Shown here: piece by piece, positions 63,899 through 64,000 of the stretch | Position numbering within the stretch: position 1 is the stretch's first letter | Layout: every line of letters starts with the position of its first letter | Sequence record: NZ_CP054002.1 | DNA: 64,000 nt | From: a plasmid | Strand: one strand, 5' to 3' | The notes under the pieces: generated by a model | The model's database searches: none | Told to the model about the DNA's origin: nothing | Seen by the model: only the letters and a program-made list of their open reading frames with translations | Position numbers and translations under genes: made by a program

Positions 63899-64000
63899 AA
63901 CGTTACGAGTTTAAATTTTTCGCAATATATGAATTAATAATCTAACTAACAAATTAATCAGCTTGTTTAACAAATAATTAACCAATAATCTTATTACATA

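Overview
This window is an AT-rich, Bacteroidales-type conjugative and mobilizable element region, built from two repeated modules plus a unique cargo stretch. No chromosomal housekeeping genes, rRNA, tRNA or CRISPR arrays could be supported.

Module T is a 17.0-kb conjugation module. It carries a CTnDOT-like tra gene set (TraE/F-like small membrane proteins, VirB4-like TraG, TraI/J/K/M/N-like), a 603-aa protein, an ArdC-like antirestriction protein, an SSB-like protein and a VirD4-type coupling protein. It is bounded by perfect 21-bp terminal inverted repeats (CGAACCTTTTTTTAAACTGAA). It occurs twice in opposite orientations: copy A at 3594..20575 (+) and copy B at 41415..58399 (-).

Module P is a plasmid-like maintenance module. 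It carries a 68-aa gene, a RelE/ParE toxin with an RHH antitoxin, a Rep initiator followed by an array of about 8 palindromic iterons, small ORFs, a serine recombinase, and a ParA plus partner protein. P2 (20579..~28313) is intact. P1 (1..3525, inverted) is degraded. P3 (58400..64000, partial) is frame-disrupted.

The unique segment at 26.1-41.4 kb carries a candidate oriT hairpin and parS-like AT repeats, a MobA-like protein, a relaxase, hypothetical genes, and the well-known resistance cargo ermF and tet(X). It also carries paired winged-HTH genes, a two-gene cassette flanked by 45-bp direct repeats, two AbiEi/HTH plus AbiEii-type nucleotidyltransferase pairs, a Toprim protein and a second serine recombinase.

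The most interesting signal is a conserved C-terminal module of about 55-60 aa shared by five otherwise unrelated proteins: ArdC, Toprim, two AbiEii-like NTases, and the 603-aa protein (two tandem copies).

The repeated copies carry many copy-specific single-base indels at homopolymers, so pseudogene calls are tentative; these may be sequencing errors.
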